From: Pseudomonadota bacterium
GTDB lineage: Bacteria > Pseudomonadota > Alphaproteobacteria > Rhodobacterales > Rhodobacteraceae
Direction: 5' to 3'
NCBI GenBank assembly: GCA_031376305.1
Contig: JANMDM010000337.1
Coordinates: 1-46,292, forward strand
Length of the DNA: 46,292 nt
Under the pieces are notes generated by a model. It saw nothing but the letters and a program-made list of their open reading frames with translations, had not been told where the DNA came from and did no database searches. Below are positions 9,459 through 19,038 of this stretch, piece after piece. The stretch's first letter is position 1. The number at the start of each line of letters is the position of its first letter. Made by a program: the position numbers and the translations under genes.

Positions 9459-10193
9459 ATGGGCCGGACGTCTGTCGGGGCGTTTCTGTTCGTCGGGTTG
9501 GCGTTAGCCGCGATAACTCTATGGCCAAAGCTTTCCCTGCGCCCGGACGGAATGATCTATGATCGGCCGTTCTACGCACACAAGCAAACCTCCAATCCCC
9601 TTCGGATCGTGGTGTTTGGAACCAGCATTTCCGCCCGCGCCAAATGGCCGGATGCGCTGGCGTCTGCATTGCAAAACTGCGGTTTAGGCCGCGTTCAGGT
9701 TCTGCGCCATGTGAAAGCCGGGGCAAATTCGTCTTGGGGGCTTTCCCAGGCAGACTGGCTTGGCCAACAAAATCCAGATCTGGTCATCGTCGAATTTGCC
9801 ATAAACGATGCCGACATCCTGGACGGCCTTTCGATGGGCGACAGCCGACGCAACCACGATGAGATCATCCGCAGTCTTCAAAAACACGCCCCGCACGCCA
9901 GGATTATGCTGTTGTCGACCAATCCTGTGACCGGGCTGGCGCGCCTTAAACGGCCTTTTCTGAGCCGATACTACGACGCCTATGTCGCCATTTCCGATGA
10001 AACCAATATCGGGATGATTGACGGATACGGTCGTTGGCTGCAGCTTCAAGGATGGCATGCGGATATGCCGGACGGCGTACATCCCCTGCCGGACATTGAC
10101 GCACAACTGCTAACCTTGCCGATTGCTCGGGCTATTGCCTCTGGGTTTGGCGCAACCTGCCCCACAGATGCCGGTCAAGTGCCGACTGACTAA
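9459..10193 (+). CDS. SGNH/GDSL hydrolase family protein, N-terminally anchored
   Basis: GTSIS block I, GANS block II, EFAIND block III and DGVHP block V, with an N-terminal hydrophobic segment. Confidence 0.85.
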   Translation: MGRTSVGAFLFVGLALAAITLWPKLSLRPDGMIYDRPFYAHKQTSNPLRIVVFGTSISARAKWPDALASALQNCGLGRVQVLRHVKAGANSSWGLSQADWLGQQNPDLVIVEFAINDADILDGLSMGDSRRNHDEIIRSLQKHAPHARIMLLSTNPVTGLARLKRPFLSRYYDAYVAISDETNIGMIDGYGRWLQLQGWHADMPDGVHPLPDIDAQLLTLPIARAIASGFGATCPTDAGQVPTD

Positions 10194-10416
10194 TCAGACC
10201 TGCTACGGGCGCGCGCTCTGACGGCCGGTTTGGCAACACCCCTTCCACCGGTGATATTTCCCCAAGGACAATGTCGGGGCGGGCAGGCGACCTCTCTGTT
10301 TTCACAGAAGACGCCTATTCCCGTGTCGGCGCGAGCCATCCGGACGAGCGCCGCATCCCTGGCCGATGCAAATCGGCGCATAAGGCGGCGTTCGTCCCCT
10401 CACGCGGGACAACCAA

Positions 10417-12660
10417 ATGTTTTCACTTTCGCTCTCCCTTCAGAATTCCAATTCCCGGCCAGCGACGGTGCTGCCACCGTCAAATGTCGTGTCTTTGGCG
10501 GCGTTTTCGCGGGACAGGACGCTGTTTGACAGCGGCGCCGGATTTGGGCGAACCGTAGCAAGTGTTCCGCTGTCGGGAAATGGCACTGCCGGTCAAATTG
10601 TTCAAGCAAGGGCGGTATCGCTGGATGACGGTGGTGCCACAACGACTGCTTGGGCTGACGTGGCGACAATTCCAGGCGGTGGGACTTGGTCGGGCACGAT
10701 CACTGCACCGCGCAGCGCATCGTGGTTTCGGCCCGAGGTGCGGCTGAAGGCAACACCCGGTGTTACTGCGCAGGGTGCAAACCGGTTTGGCGTTGGACAT
10801 GTCATTGCCATTTGGGGACAGTCCGAACCCGACCGGATCATTTCGACTTTCTATGATCTGACCTCGGCCCAGGTCGTTGCCGACCCGGAAGCCGTTCAGA
10901 TCATCTATGGGGCGGCGGCGACCCCCGCCAGGGCCTTTGTGACGACCGCGCTGCCCTTTACAGCAGCCGCCTCTGCAATGGCGTCCACCCTTATCGCCAC
11001 GCGTCCAGGCGAGAAGTTCGCGGTTATCTTTCACACGGTTCCGGGAACCGACCCACGGGCTTTAGTCAATGACGCCGACACCAGCCGCCTTTGGTCGGCG
11101 GATAAGGCCTTGCACGACTATGCGACGGCCGATGGGCAAAAAGTGGGCCTGGCGGCGATGTCGTGGTTTGCCTCGCCCGGAAGCCTGGGGGCCAACTATG
11201 GCGAAGCACTTTATCCGCTGTTCTCTGGCAAGCTGCTAAGCGGTACTGCCGTCACTTTTCCGACCAACGTCACTTATGGCGGGACTTTAAACTACCACGC
11301 CGATCACTGGTTCGGCGAGCTTTACGACTATGCCAACACCAAATGGGTGGCCTACGGCCCACATCGCTTTGATATTGACGGCGATATGATTGATGCGACG
11401 CATTATCTCGGCGGTGCATCGCAGTTCAATCTCATCAACAAGCAAACCTCGCGGGAAAGCTGGCGGTCAATGCTGACGGCGCCAACGGCGACGATGTTTC
11501 TGCCCTTGGGCATCGAGCCGATCAACTATGTGAACGGCGTTGATGACGGCGCGGGCAGTTGGACCGATTTGGCGCATCCGGCGGGGAATTCCGTCGACGG
11601 GGCGCAAGCCTATGCACGGCTAACCGCGCTTGCGGTTCTGGAAGCTGCGGATCTGACCACCTGGTCTGTGCCGATCTTCGACAATTGCCTTTGGGAAGCC
11701 AGCGGTGCCTATGTTGAGGTATGGTCTTCGGCTGGCCCGGTCACGACAACACGATTGGCGCGCGGGGATACCGCGTTGGGGGCGACGTTTCCGCACTGGA
11801 CGACCGTCATGGGGTTTCAGATCAACGGTCAGGCGGCGCAGAACGCACAGATCGTGGCAGGTCGGGTTCGGATATTCAAAAATGGCGGCGGCAACTTCGC
11901 CTCGACGGACTCGATTCAATATGGCGAAGGCGGCGCCACGGGCGCGCTGCAATTCCCGGAAGATCAGTTGAATGCGACTTGGAAAAATTTGCCCGTCGTC
12001 AATGTCGGCGCCACGGGTCTGAACGGAATTCCCCTGCGGACATTGCCAAGCACCACCGTGTTAGCGAACACCTTACCTGCAGTCGCCCCCAAGTTTACCA
12101 CGGCCGCAACGGGCCCGTATTTTTGGTCGCCCACCAACGTGCCGACTGGGGTCACGGCCGTCACTTTTGCCGCCAGGTTCAAGCTTCCGGCAATGCCCAC
12201 CGCCACCTACATTGTCTTCACGCAGAACAACCTGGGCTTTGATGCCGAAATTCTGAACAACGGCACCATGCGGTTCACCGTCAAGGACGGGGCCGGTGTC
12301 GCGGTGCTCAGCGCGAGCATTGTCGCGACCGGTATTCTTGCCAACATCTGGTATGACATTGTTTGCGCGGCTGATCAGACAGCCAAAACCCTGAAGGTGA
12401 AGATAAACGGTGCCTTGATCACGACAGTGGCGTTCACAACCGCCGGCAATGGGGTGTTCCAAAGCACCAGAGCTTTGGGTTTTCTTGCCCGCAATTCGGC
12501 GTCGAAACTGCAGTTCATTGGCGACGTTGAGTATCTGAAAGTGTGGCACAGCGTGACCGGAACCGGGGATGCGCCCGTGACCGCGCCCCTCAAGCAGATT
12601 GTTGGCCCGGCTGCGATCGCCAATGCTGACAGCTGGAAATTGGGAACCAACGCCCCCTGA
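10417..12660 (+). CDS. 747-aa protein with an alternating-Leu N-terminal peptide, Ig-like domain, putative SASA/SGNH O-acetylesterase domain and C-terminal LamG/ConA-like domain; candidate GTA head-spike fibre
   Basis: Starts MFSLSLSLQ with no signal peptide. Contains FGVGHVIAIWGQSE (SASA-like GQS), DLAHP (D-x-x-H) and C-terminal WYDIV...LKVKING...F.GDV..LKVW. T/A/G-rich. Confidence 0.7.
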   Translation: MFSLSLSLQNSNSRPATVLPPSNVVSLAAFSRDRTLFDSGAGFGRTVASVPLSGNGTAGQIVQARAVSLDDGGATTTAWADVATIPGGGTWSGTITAPRSASWFRPEVRLKATPGVTAQGANRFGVGHVIAIWGQSEPDRIISTFYDLTSAQVVADPEAVQIIYGAAATPARAFVTTALPFTAAASAMASTLIATRPGEKFAVIFHTVPGTDPRALVNDADTSRLWSADKALHDYATADGQKVGLAAMSWFASPGSLGANYGEALYPLFSGKLLSGTAVTFPTNVTYGGTLNYHADHWFGELYDYANTKWVAYGPHRFDIDGDMIDATHYLGGASQFNLINKQTSRESWRSMLTAPTATMFLPLGIEPINYVNGVDDGAGSWTDLAHPAGNSVDGAQAYARLTALAVLEAADLTTWSVPIFDNCLWEASGAYVEVWSSAGPVTTTRLARGDTALGATFPHWTTVMGFQINGQAAQNAQIVAGRVRIFKNGGGNFASTDSIQYGEGGATGALQFPEDQLNATWKNLPVVNVGATGLNGIPLRTLPSTTVLANTLPAVAPKFTTAATGPYFWSPTNVPTGVTAVTFAARFKLPAMPTATYIVFTQNNLGFDAEILNNGTMRFTVKDGAGVAVLSASIVATGILANIWYDIVCAADQTAKTLKVKINGALITTVAFTTAGNGVFQSTRALGFLARNSASKLQFIGDVEYLKVWHSVTGTGDAPVTAPLKQIVGPAAIANADSWKLGTNAP

Positions 12661-12691
12661 ACCGCGCGTTTCCTGGAAACGGACAGAACGA

Positions 12692-12729
12692 AAATTACCC
12701 GGCCGTCTGAACAGGCGGCCGGGTAATTT
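12692..12729. terminator. Bidirectional intrinsic terminator between convergent genes
   Basis: AAATTACCCGGCCGTCTG-AA-CAGGCGGCCGGGTAATTT inverted repeat. Confidence 0.8.
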
Positions 12730-12898
12730 CTTGCGCGGGCCAAGCTGACGTTGCTGTGCTTCGGCGCAGGCTGGATTGTCTGGAGAACGCGCGATCCCTG
12801 CGGGTTGCTGCGGTGCATAAATATCGTTCGCGGACATCGAATCGGTTTCCAGATTCCACCCGCAATACAACCTTGTCGCGAAAATCAGGGCATTTGGG

Positions 12899-13159
12899 TC
12901 ACCAAAGGGCGATGAGTCCCGTCGCAGTTGTCCCTGTCGCATTGATTCCCTGGGCTCTGATGGGCAAAAAACCGCCAGCCTGAGCGTTAAGAAAAACAAC
13001 GCTTTGACCGCTGGCCAGCCTGACCGAAATATTTCCGGTCTGACCCACGTAAATGGCCCGCGGCAATGTCGCCAGATCGATTGCGTCACTAGGAGTGATG
13101 GCGCTGGCATCGCGCGCTGGTGCGCTCAAGGTGGTTGGGTAGTCAGAGAATTTGTCCAT
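12899..13159 (-). CDS. GTA/phage head-spike base protein, Rcc01079 (GhsA)-like
   Basis: MDKF...LSAPA....ITPSD..DL...PRA+YV...G...V......V.......G.LP+R...+.ATGTTAT matches the RcGTA spike-base pattern over its whole length. Confidence 0.85.
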   Translation of the reverse strand: MDKFSDYPTTLSAPARDASAITPSDAIDLATLPRAIYVGQTGNISVRLASGQSVVFLNAQAGGFLPIRAQGINATGTTATGLIALW

Positions 13160-13397
13160 GTTTTTCATCCTTGTGGTAATGTATGCTATAAATCAGCATG
13201 TTATGAGGATGACGGCGTTTGCTGACCGCGAGATTCCGTGCCATTGGCCGCCGCCTGACCCCACGCTTGTGCCGTTGACTGGCTGGATGTTTGTGCGTGA
13301 AATTGCCTTAACATGGCGGCAAGTGATCGTACTGCGCCGGTGTTTCCATTTTTGGAACTGCAAACGCGGCAGTTTCGGCAGTTTCAGGCGACAATGA

Positions 13398-13412
13398 TTA
13401 ATCAAAGGTTCA
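13398..13412. promoter_or_regulatory. Near-consensus CtrA box (TTAA-N7-TTCA)
   Basis: ttaa-tcaaagg-ttca lies in the divergent region between the spike-base and beta-helix genes. Confidence 0.4.
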
Positions 13413-13529
13413 GTCGTTGCGCCAGATTAGCGCTAGAGAACATAAGCATTCTGCAATTGCGCCGCATCTTTGCCACGTTCAAACGCATTGTTCAGGTGAC
13501 AGATACACTCACGAGTGGAAGGACGACCG

Positions 13530-15050
13530 ATGAAGCTGATACGAACATTGCTGTTGGCTGGCATTGCGGCTGGCATGTGCTCCACAGCACTCTACGCAGC
13601 TGACTACTACGTTCTTGCCGCCACCCCTGGGGCGGTTGCAGGTACGCCGTTGGCCGCTATTTCGTTGCAGGCGGGCGCGACCGTCAAACAGACGCGGCTC
13701 CAAACGAACGTCAATCAACGCGGGAATACCGCAGGCAAATGGGTCATGGTCGGGCAAGCCCCGGTGACGACATCCTCGACCGCAGCCCCGTCGTCGCTGA
13801 CGCGGACCAGCCTCGCGACCGACACATCGGCTGTCACCACCGCAGCCGCTCTGGCGGCGCCAGCAGCCGGAACGACCTTCAACAGCTTTGATGCACTAGA
13901 GCAATCTGGAAAGCTTCAAGGCGGGGACCGCGTGTTCCTCAGGGCTGGGTATCACGGGCCGCTTTCGGTGAACGACTTGGATTTTGCCACGCCGGTCACG
14001 ATTGCTGGAATGCCGGGTGAGACGGCTCACGTCGAATCCTTGAATGTTCTAAATTCGTCGAACCTGGTGTTCAGGGACCTCAAGGTTTGGGCGATGTCAG
14101 CGAATGCAGGAAGCGCTGCATTGGTTCGGACTTACCCAGGATCCAACAACATAACATTCGCAAACCTTGATGTTCGCTCGACTGCCGATGCAGTTAACTA
14201 TCTGCAATGGAGTCTTGCAACTTGGAGAGCGAACAAACGTAGTGGGTTCCTTCTCGACGGCGATCACATTTCAGTCATCGGGAACCGCGTGACGGGCGCC
14301 TACAACACTATCATCGCCCAAGGTAAAAACGCGCTTGTTGAAAACAACATTGTGGACGGTTTTGCCGGAGACGGGATGCGGGCACTGGGTGACTTTTCGA
14401 CCGTGCGCGGCAACAAGATACAGAACTGCCACGACACAGATGCAACCCATGACGATGGATTCCAATCATATTCGCGCGGTGCGAACGGCAGCACAGGCAC
14501 CAGTACGGTCTTTAATCTGACCCTTGAAAACAACAAAATCTACGAATGGAACGCCAGCGTTCCGAATGTGTCACCGTGCAAGCTGCAAGGTATTGGCATG
14601 TTCGACGGAATGTATGAAAATGTGGTCATCCGTAACAACTTAGTGGTGGTTTCGCATTGGCACGGCATCACGATTGCCGGTGGTCGCAAGGTGGTGATCG
14701 CCAACAATACCGTCGTGAACCCGAAGGGGATCAAGGGAAATGCTCCCTGGATCAAGATCGCACCCCACAAGAACGGGACGCCGCCGACAGATGTCATGGT
14801 TGCCAACAACACGGTCAATTGGCTTGACGTAAACGTCAATGCATCCCGGAACGTTGCCACCGCCAACAACGTTGTCGTGACCCAATCCAATCTGGAATTC
14901 ACATCGGTAGCCAACCGGGACTTTACGCTTTTGCCCACCGCCAAGTCAGCGGATGCCGCAACAGCCATGTATGCCACGCCGGTTGATATCGCCGGTGTCC
15001 CGCGGCCTAAAGGCAAGGCCCCAGACGTCGGCGCCTACGAAAGCCAATAG
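13530..15050 (+). CDS. Secreted right-handed beta-helix (pectin-lyase-like) protein with a C-terminal choice-of-anchor-Q-like tail
   Basis: Signal peptide MKLIRTLLLAG...LYA, GD.+.L..GYHG, Asn-ladder repeats (ENN.., RNN.., ANNT), HDDGFQS, and C-terminal DIAGVPRP.G.APDVGAYE. Confidence 0.8.
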   Translation: MKLIRTLLLAGIAAGMCSTALYAADYYVLAATPGAVAGTPLAAISLQAGATVKQTRLQTNVNQRGNTAGKWVMVGQAPVTTSSTAAPSSLTRTSLATDTSAVTTAAALAAPAAGTTFNSFDALEQSGKLQGGDRVFLRAGYHGPLSVNDLDFATPVTIAGMPGETAHVESLNVLNSSNLVFRDLKVWAMSANAGSAALVRTYPGSNNITFANLDVRSTADAVNYLQWSLATWRANKRSGFLLDGDHISVIGNRVTGAYNTIIAQGKNALVENNIVDGFAGDGMRALGDFSTVRGNKIQNCHDTDATHDDGFQSYSRGANGSTGTSTVFNLTLENNKIYEWNASVPNVSPCKLQGIGMFDGMYENVVIRNNLVVVSHWHGITIAGGRKVVIANNTVVNPKGIKGNAPWIKIAPHKNGTPPTDVMVANNTVNWLDVNVNASRNVATANNVVVTQSNLEFTSVANRDFTLLPTAKSADAATAMYATPVDIAGVPRPKGKAPDVGAYESQ

Positions 15051-15073
15051 TCCAAGGCAAAGAAACGCCCGGC

Positions 15074-15110
15074 CCCCCCCGCCGAAGGTGTTTGGCGGGG
15101 GTTTTCATTT
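15074..15110 (+). terminator. Intrinsic terminator
   Basis: CCCCCGCCGAA-GGTG-TTTGGCGGGGG followed by TTTTCATTT. Confidence 0.7.
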
Positions 15111-15190
15111 GTGGCGTTGGTATTGAGGTTGCACCTCGCCAAGGTCGGCTTCGGGCATGCGGACAAAAGGCAACGTTGCCCGCCCCGGAA

Positions 15191-15229
15191 CGATCAAAAG
15201 GCCGGGCATCGTGCCCGGCCTTTTGATCG
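15191..15229. terminator. Bidirectional intrinsic terminator
   Basis: Perfect 18-bp inverted repeat CGATCAAAAGGCCGGGCA-TCG-TGCCCGGCCTTTTGATCG. Confidence 0.85.
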
Positions 15230-15262
15230 CGTCAACAAAGTCTGGAAATCTTTTACGTCTGG

Positions 15263-16087
15263 TCACTCATAGGCTTCGTAGCCATATCCGGACGAGCTGT
15301 CCATATACCGGCATTTGTTGAGCACCACGCCAAGAACATTGGTCAATTGCGCAAGCTCTTTTTCGCAGATATCGATATTCTGCAAGGTCGTGCTTTCCGC
15401 CGCGGCAACCAACAAAGCGCAGTCGACATTGCTCAGGAAGCCCACATTGTCATCGCTGGCCAACATGGGTGACATGTCAAACATCATGATGTCCGGGCGC
15501 CACTGGGCTTCGATTCTTGCCAAGACATCCCGGCTTTGGGCGCTGTGCAGGATCTCTGCCGCGTGTCGCGCTGGGGCCGCGTTGCCCGCGACGATCAGGT
15601 TGTCACCAATCCTGACGGCCACATCAGCGAAGTCAGCCTTCTCTTCCAGGACTTCGTGGATCGAGCGGCTGGGCTTGTGCCCCATAAGCTGATGCAATGT
15701 CGGGCGCCGAAGATCCAGATCGATCAGCATCACCCGTGTGTCTTTTTGACGGGCAAGGGAAAGCGCCAGATTCAAGGAAACGGTGGTCTTGCCACAGGCT
15801 GCGTTTGGCGACGTAATCGCGATGCGGCGCCAAGTGGCATCTTTCATCATCCGGATGGTGCGGGATCGAAGCATGTCATAGGGCGTGGCGTCTTTGCCCC
15901 CGCTCAATGCAGCAATACGACCCTGCTGGATCTGCTCTACCGAGATGGTAACTTCCGGCAGGGTGGTCCAATCTGTATCCCGTGTGCTCGTCGCAGAACG
16001 CGGTGCAATCGGAGTCCCATCGACACCCAGCCGAGAGGACATGCGCGCCTCGCGTGCTTTTGCCAGTGCAGCTTCCAATTTTTCCAT
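15263..16087 (-). CDS. CpsD/CapB-family tyrosine-protein kinase (BY-kinase)
   Basis: ITSP...CGKT, LIDLDLRRP, FDMSP, GVVLNK and a C-terminal Tyr cluster YGYEAYE. Confidence 0.9.
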   Translation of the reverse strand: MEKLEAALAKAREARMSSRLGVDGTPIAPRSATSTRDTDWTTLPEVTISVEQIQQGRIAALSGGKDATPYDMLRSRTIRMMKDATWRRIAITSPNAACGKTTVSLNLALSLARQKDTRVMLIDLDLRRPTLHQLMGHKPSRSIHEVLEEKADFADVAVRIGDNLIVAGNAAPARHAAEILHSAQSRDVLARIEAQWRPDIMMFDMSPMLASDDNVGFLSNVDCALLVAAAESTTLQNIDICEKELAQLTNVLGVVLNKCRYMDSSSGYGYEAYE

Positions 16088-16132
16088 CGGTTCAACCTAT
16101 CCTTGGATGAGCGTCAGCTTGCCGCCACAAAA

Positions 16133-17668
16133 TTACAGCCTGATTCCGAATACCGCCGCCAGACGTTTCAGAATGATGTCGAGCGGTTGATAGAATACAT
16201 GCACCGCATAGATCGCTAACGGAATGCCGATAACCGCCAACAGCAAAAGCCCGATAAACACCGAACGCCGCTTCATCGTTTCACCAGGGGTTCGCATGTA
16301 GGGGATTGTCACAATCGGGGTGATCCCAAACGTGGTCACGATATCCTTCGGGCGACGTACCGCCCGGTTCAACAGCTCCATCAACACGATTGATCCAAGC
16401 CCAAGCAGCATGCCTGCGATCACCCCACCGATAATAATGAGCGGGCGGTTCGGTTTGGACGGGCTGTTGGGTACAGTCGCGGCATCCAGAACCGAGATCT
16501 TTTCGCCCTTGGATAAAACTTCGATCCGTTCGCCAGCGGCCGCCTGCGACTGACTTCCCACGGCCTTGTTATACTGTTGCTGTGTGTTGGAATAGTCGCG
16601 GTTCAGCGCGTCCAGCGCGATCTGGTTGGCCGGGGTGCGGTCAATCGTGTCCTGCAAGGCGACCATCTGCTTTTGCATCTGATCGCGCTGTTCTTCGGCA
16701 AGTGCTATTTGCGAATCCAAGTCGGCGATTTGAACGTCAAACATCGATGCCGTCGGATTCGAAGCATTGCCTGTCAAAGGTGTCTGCGACCGCACGATGA
16801 TTTCAAGTTTCGCAATCTGTGCCTGCAGCATGGTGACCTTCGGGTGCGACGGCGCCAAAAGCGCCAGCGACTGTGACAATTGGTCGTTCAGTGTCGCCAG
16901 CTGCTTTGCTTCAGGCGTCTGAGTCGCGCTGCTATTCGATACCTGGCCGGTAGAATTGTATATGGCGATCAGACGATCTTTCTGGTCGTTAAGCTGCCGG
17001 ATATTCTGTTCCGCAGTGTCCATCTTGGCCTGCAGGCTGCTTTGTTGGGTCATCCGGAACGCCAAAGTAGACGGCAGTGCGTCAGAGTTTTTGTTCTGAA
17101 ACTCAAGAAGATTGGCGCTCAGCCGGTCTAGCTCGGCGCTCAGACGTTTCACTTCCTGGGCGAAGAACTCAAGCGTGTCCTCGGCGCCCTTGGTGCGCAA
17201 CTCAACGTCAGCCTTCAGGATGTACGTCACGTATTCGTTCACGACGCCCGCCGCCAGTTTTCCAGACTCGGCGGTAAAGGCCAGGGTCATCGTCGCCGCT
17301 TCGCCTTTTCCAGCGCTTTTCTTGATTGTGGTGTTGTCACGCATTTCTTTGACAACTTCGTCTGGCGACATCAATTTGATATCGCGGAAAACGCCAAGCC
17401 GGTTGGCGATGTCCAGAAGGTTTGCACGGGTCATCAGCCGGTTTTCAACAGTCTGCAATTTTTCAAGGGCGGCGGACTGTACAGTTGGCGCAGCAAGTGC
17501 CCCGGGAATCTGCGACGACTCTACCAACAGCAACGACTGCGCCAGATAGACCGAAGGCAAAAGCAAAGCGGCTGCAACGGCTGCCGCGAAAACCAGCGCA
17601 CTGATAATGACGAAGTAATGCAGCCGACGCATAAAGACAGCAAAGTAAAACGACAGGTCGAGATTCAT
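16133..17668 (-). CDS. Polysaccharide chain-length determinant / co-polymerase (Wzz/GumC-like)
   Basis: N-terminal TM, long coiled coil, HPKV, P..PSKPNR and C-terminal TMs. Confidence 0.9.
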   Translation of the reverse strand: MNLDLSFYFAVFMRRLHYFVIISALVFAAAVAAALLLPSVYLAQSLLLVESSQIPGALAAPTVQSAALEKLQTVENRLMTRANLLDIANRLGVFRDIKLMSPDEVVKEMRDNTTIKKSAGKGEAATMTLAFTAESGKLAAGVVNEYVTYILKADVELRTKGAEDTLEFFAQEVKRLSAELDRLSANLLEFQNKNSDALPSTLAFRMTQQSSLQAKMDTAEQNIRQLNDQKDRLIAIYNSTGQVSNSSATQTPEAKQLATLNDQLSQSLALLAPSHPKVTMLQAQIAKLEIIVRSQTPLTGNASNPTASMFDVQIADLDSQIALAEEQRDQMQKQMVALQDTIDRTPANQIALDALNRDYSNTQQQYNKAVGSQSQAAAGERIEVLSKGEKISVLDAATVPNSPSKPNRPLIIIGGVIAGMLLGLGSIVLMELLNRAVRRPKDIVTTFGITPIVTIPYMRTPGETMKRRSVFIGLLLLAVIGIPLAIYAVHVFYQPLDIILKRLAAVFGIRL

Positions 17669-18555
17669 TTCCGCTTCTCTTCTTCAGCCGCAATCTGTGC
17701 AGCAAAAAATACGCCGTCATCCAGAACCGATTGGATGACATGTTCGTCAACATGATGGTGGTCGGTGCTCCAAGCATAAAGCAATGACATGTCACACAAC
17801 TGGTTTACAAGGCGCGGCACGCCGCGGGTCACGCGGTGTACCATCTTTGCTGCTTGCGTGGTGATCTCTTGCCCGGTTCCGCCCGCAGACCGCAGCCGAT
17901 AGTCGATCATTTCGACCACGGCCGCCTCGTCCAACGGCAGCAAGTGGAAGCTGGCGGCGATGCGCTGCGCAAGTTGCCGCAACGATGGGTCAAGCACCAT
18001 GTCGCGCAATTCGGGTTGTCCGACCAGAACCAGTTGGATGACCTCATCCTTGCCGGAATTGATGTTGGTCAGCATCCGCAGCTCTTCCAGGCTTTCCGGC
18101 GACAGGTTCTGTGCTTCATCAAAAATCAGAACGACCCGGCGACCGGTCGCATATTCATCGATAAGGAAATCCTGAAGCTTTTGGAAAAGCTGAACATAAC
18201 CAACCGCAGGATTGAAGGCGACGCCGAGCGAGTTCAGCACCCATTGAATCAACTCACCGCGCCCGCCTTGCGCGTTGGAAATCAATCCTACGGTGACCTT
18301 GGCCCCGAACTGACGCAGCAGTTCGCGCAGCAATGTCGTCTTGCCGCAGCCGACGCCGCCGGTCACCAGGGTGATCGGCGCGCGTGACAGAATCCCGAAT
18401 TCAAGAACCGAATAGGCACGCCGATGCTGGGCAGACCAGAACAGAAAGTCCGGGTCAGGGACAAGCGTGAATGGACGCTCGCGGAATCCGAAGAATTCCA
18501 TGTAGAAGCCAACGTTTCCTCTATCTTCCGCTTGGGTCGACACGACCTTGTTCAT
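17665..18555 (-). CDS. ExeA-family AAA ATPase associated with exosortase/EPS loci
   Basis: Y.EFFGF.ERPF, GGVGCGKTT, IFDEAQNL, LVGQPEL, GVPRLVN. Start uncertain (18555 or 18630). Confidence 0.88.
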   Translation of the reverse strand: MNKVVSTQAEDRGNVGFYMEFFGFRERPFTLVPDPDFLFWSAQHRRAYSVLEFGILSRAPITLVTGGVGCGKTTLLRELLRQFGAKVTVGLISNAQGGRGELIQWVLNSLGVAFNPAVGYVQLFQKLQDFLIDEYATGRRVVLIFDEAQNLSPESLEELRMLTNINSGKDEVIQLVLVGQPELRDMVLDPSLRQLAQRIAASFHLLPLDEAAVVEMIDYRLRSAGGTGQEITTQAAKMVHRVTRGVPRLVNQLCDMSLLYAWSTDHHHVDEHVIQSVLDDGVFFAAQIAAEEEKRK

Positions 18556-19038
18556 CCGATCTTCCACTGTTGCCAAGCTTTTGGCCTCATTATCATTACG
18601 CACTGCGAAGCCAGACGACTGGCTCGCCAATGTTCATGTGTACTGCCGCTAACTCTTCGTCAACTTCATGGCGTCCCCGTTCAGGTCATACTTTGGCGTG
18701 CGACCTGCAATGATTCGGCCACATTCCGGATATAGGCTAGACATAGGCCAAATGTTGGGCGAACACGCCACGAACATGCCATTATTGTTTCCGTTTTGGA
18801 ACATATGCAGCGCGCCAACCGATCTTTTGTGCCGTTTTGATGCGGGAATCCGCCTTCCGCTATCTTGATTGCAGTAAGTGGGCCTAAGAGTGGCAGAATT
18901 GGATTTTGCGTAACCCGCCCAAAGTGGTAAGAAATAATACGGTGTGAGATGGCGCTGCTTTGGAAGTTGGTGATATTTGAGCGGCGGTTAAGAGCCGCAA
19001 ATTCGGTTTTTCAGTAATGTTCAGGTTTGATTCACAGT

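Noticed and set aside
12073-13110. 345-aa minus-strand ORF
   Set aside because: It overlaps the spike-base gene out of frame, crosses a terminator, runs antisense to the 747-aa gene and has no recognisable motifs.
10417-13159. Prophage
   Set aside because: No capsid, terminase, portal, tail, lysis or intact integrase genes; only a spike-like pair.
13225-13245. Sigma54 promoter (TGGCAC on the minus strand; also near 8781)
   Set aside because: GG-to-GC spacing and the -12 element do not fit TGGCAC-N5-TTGC.
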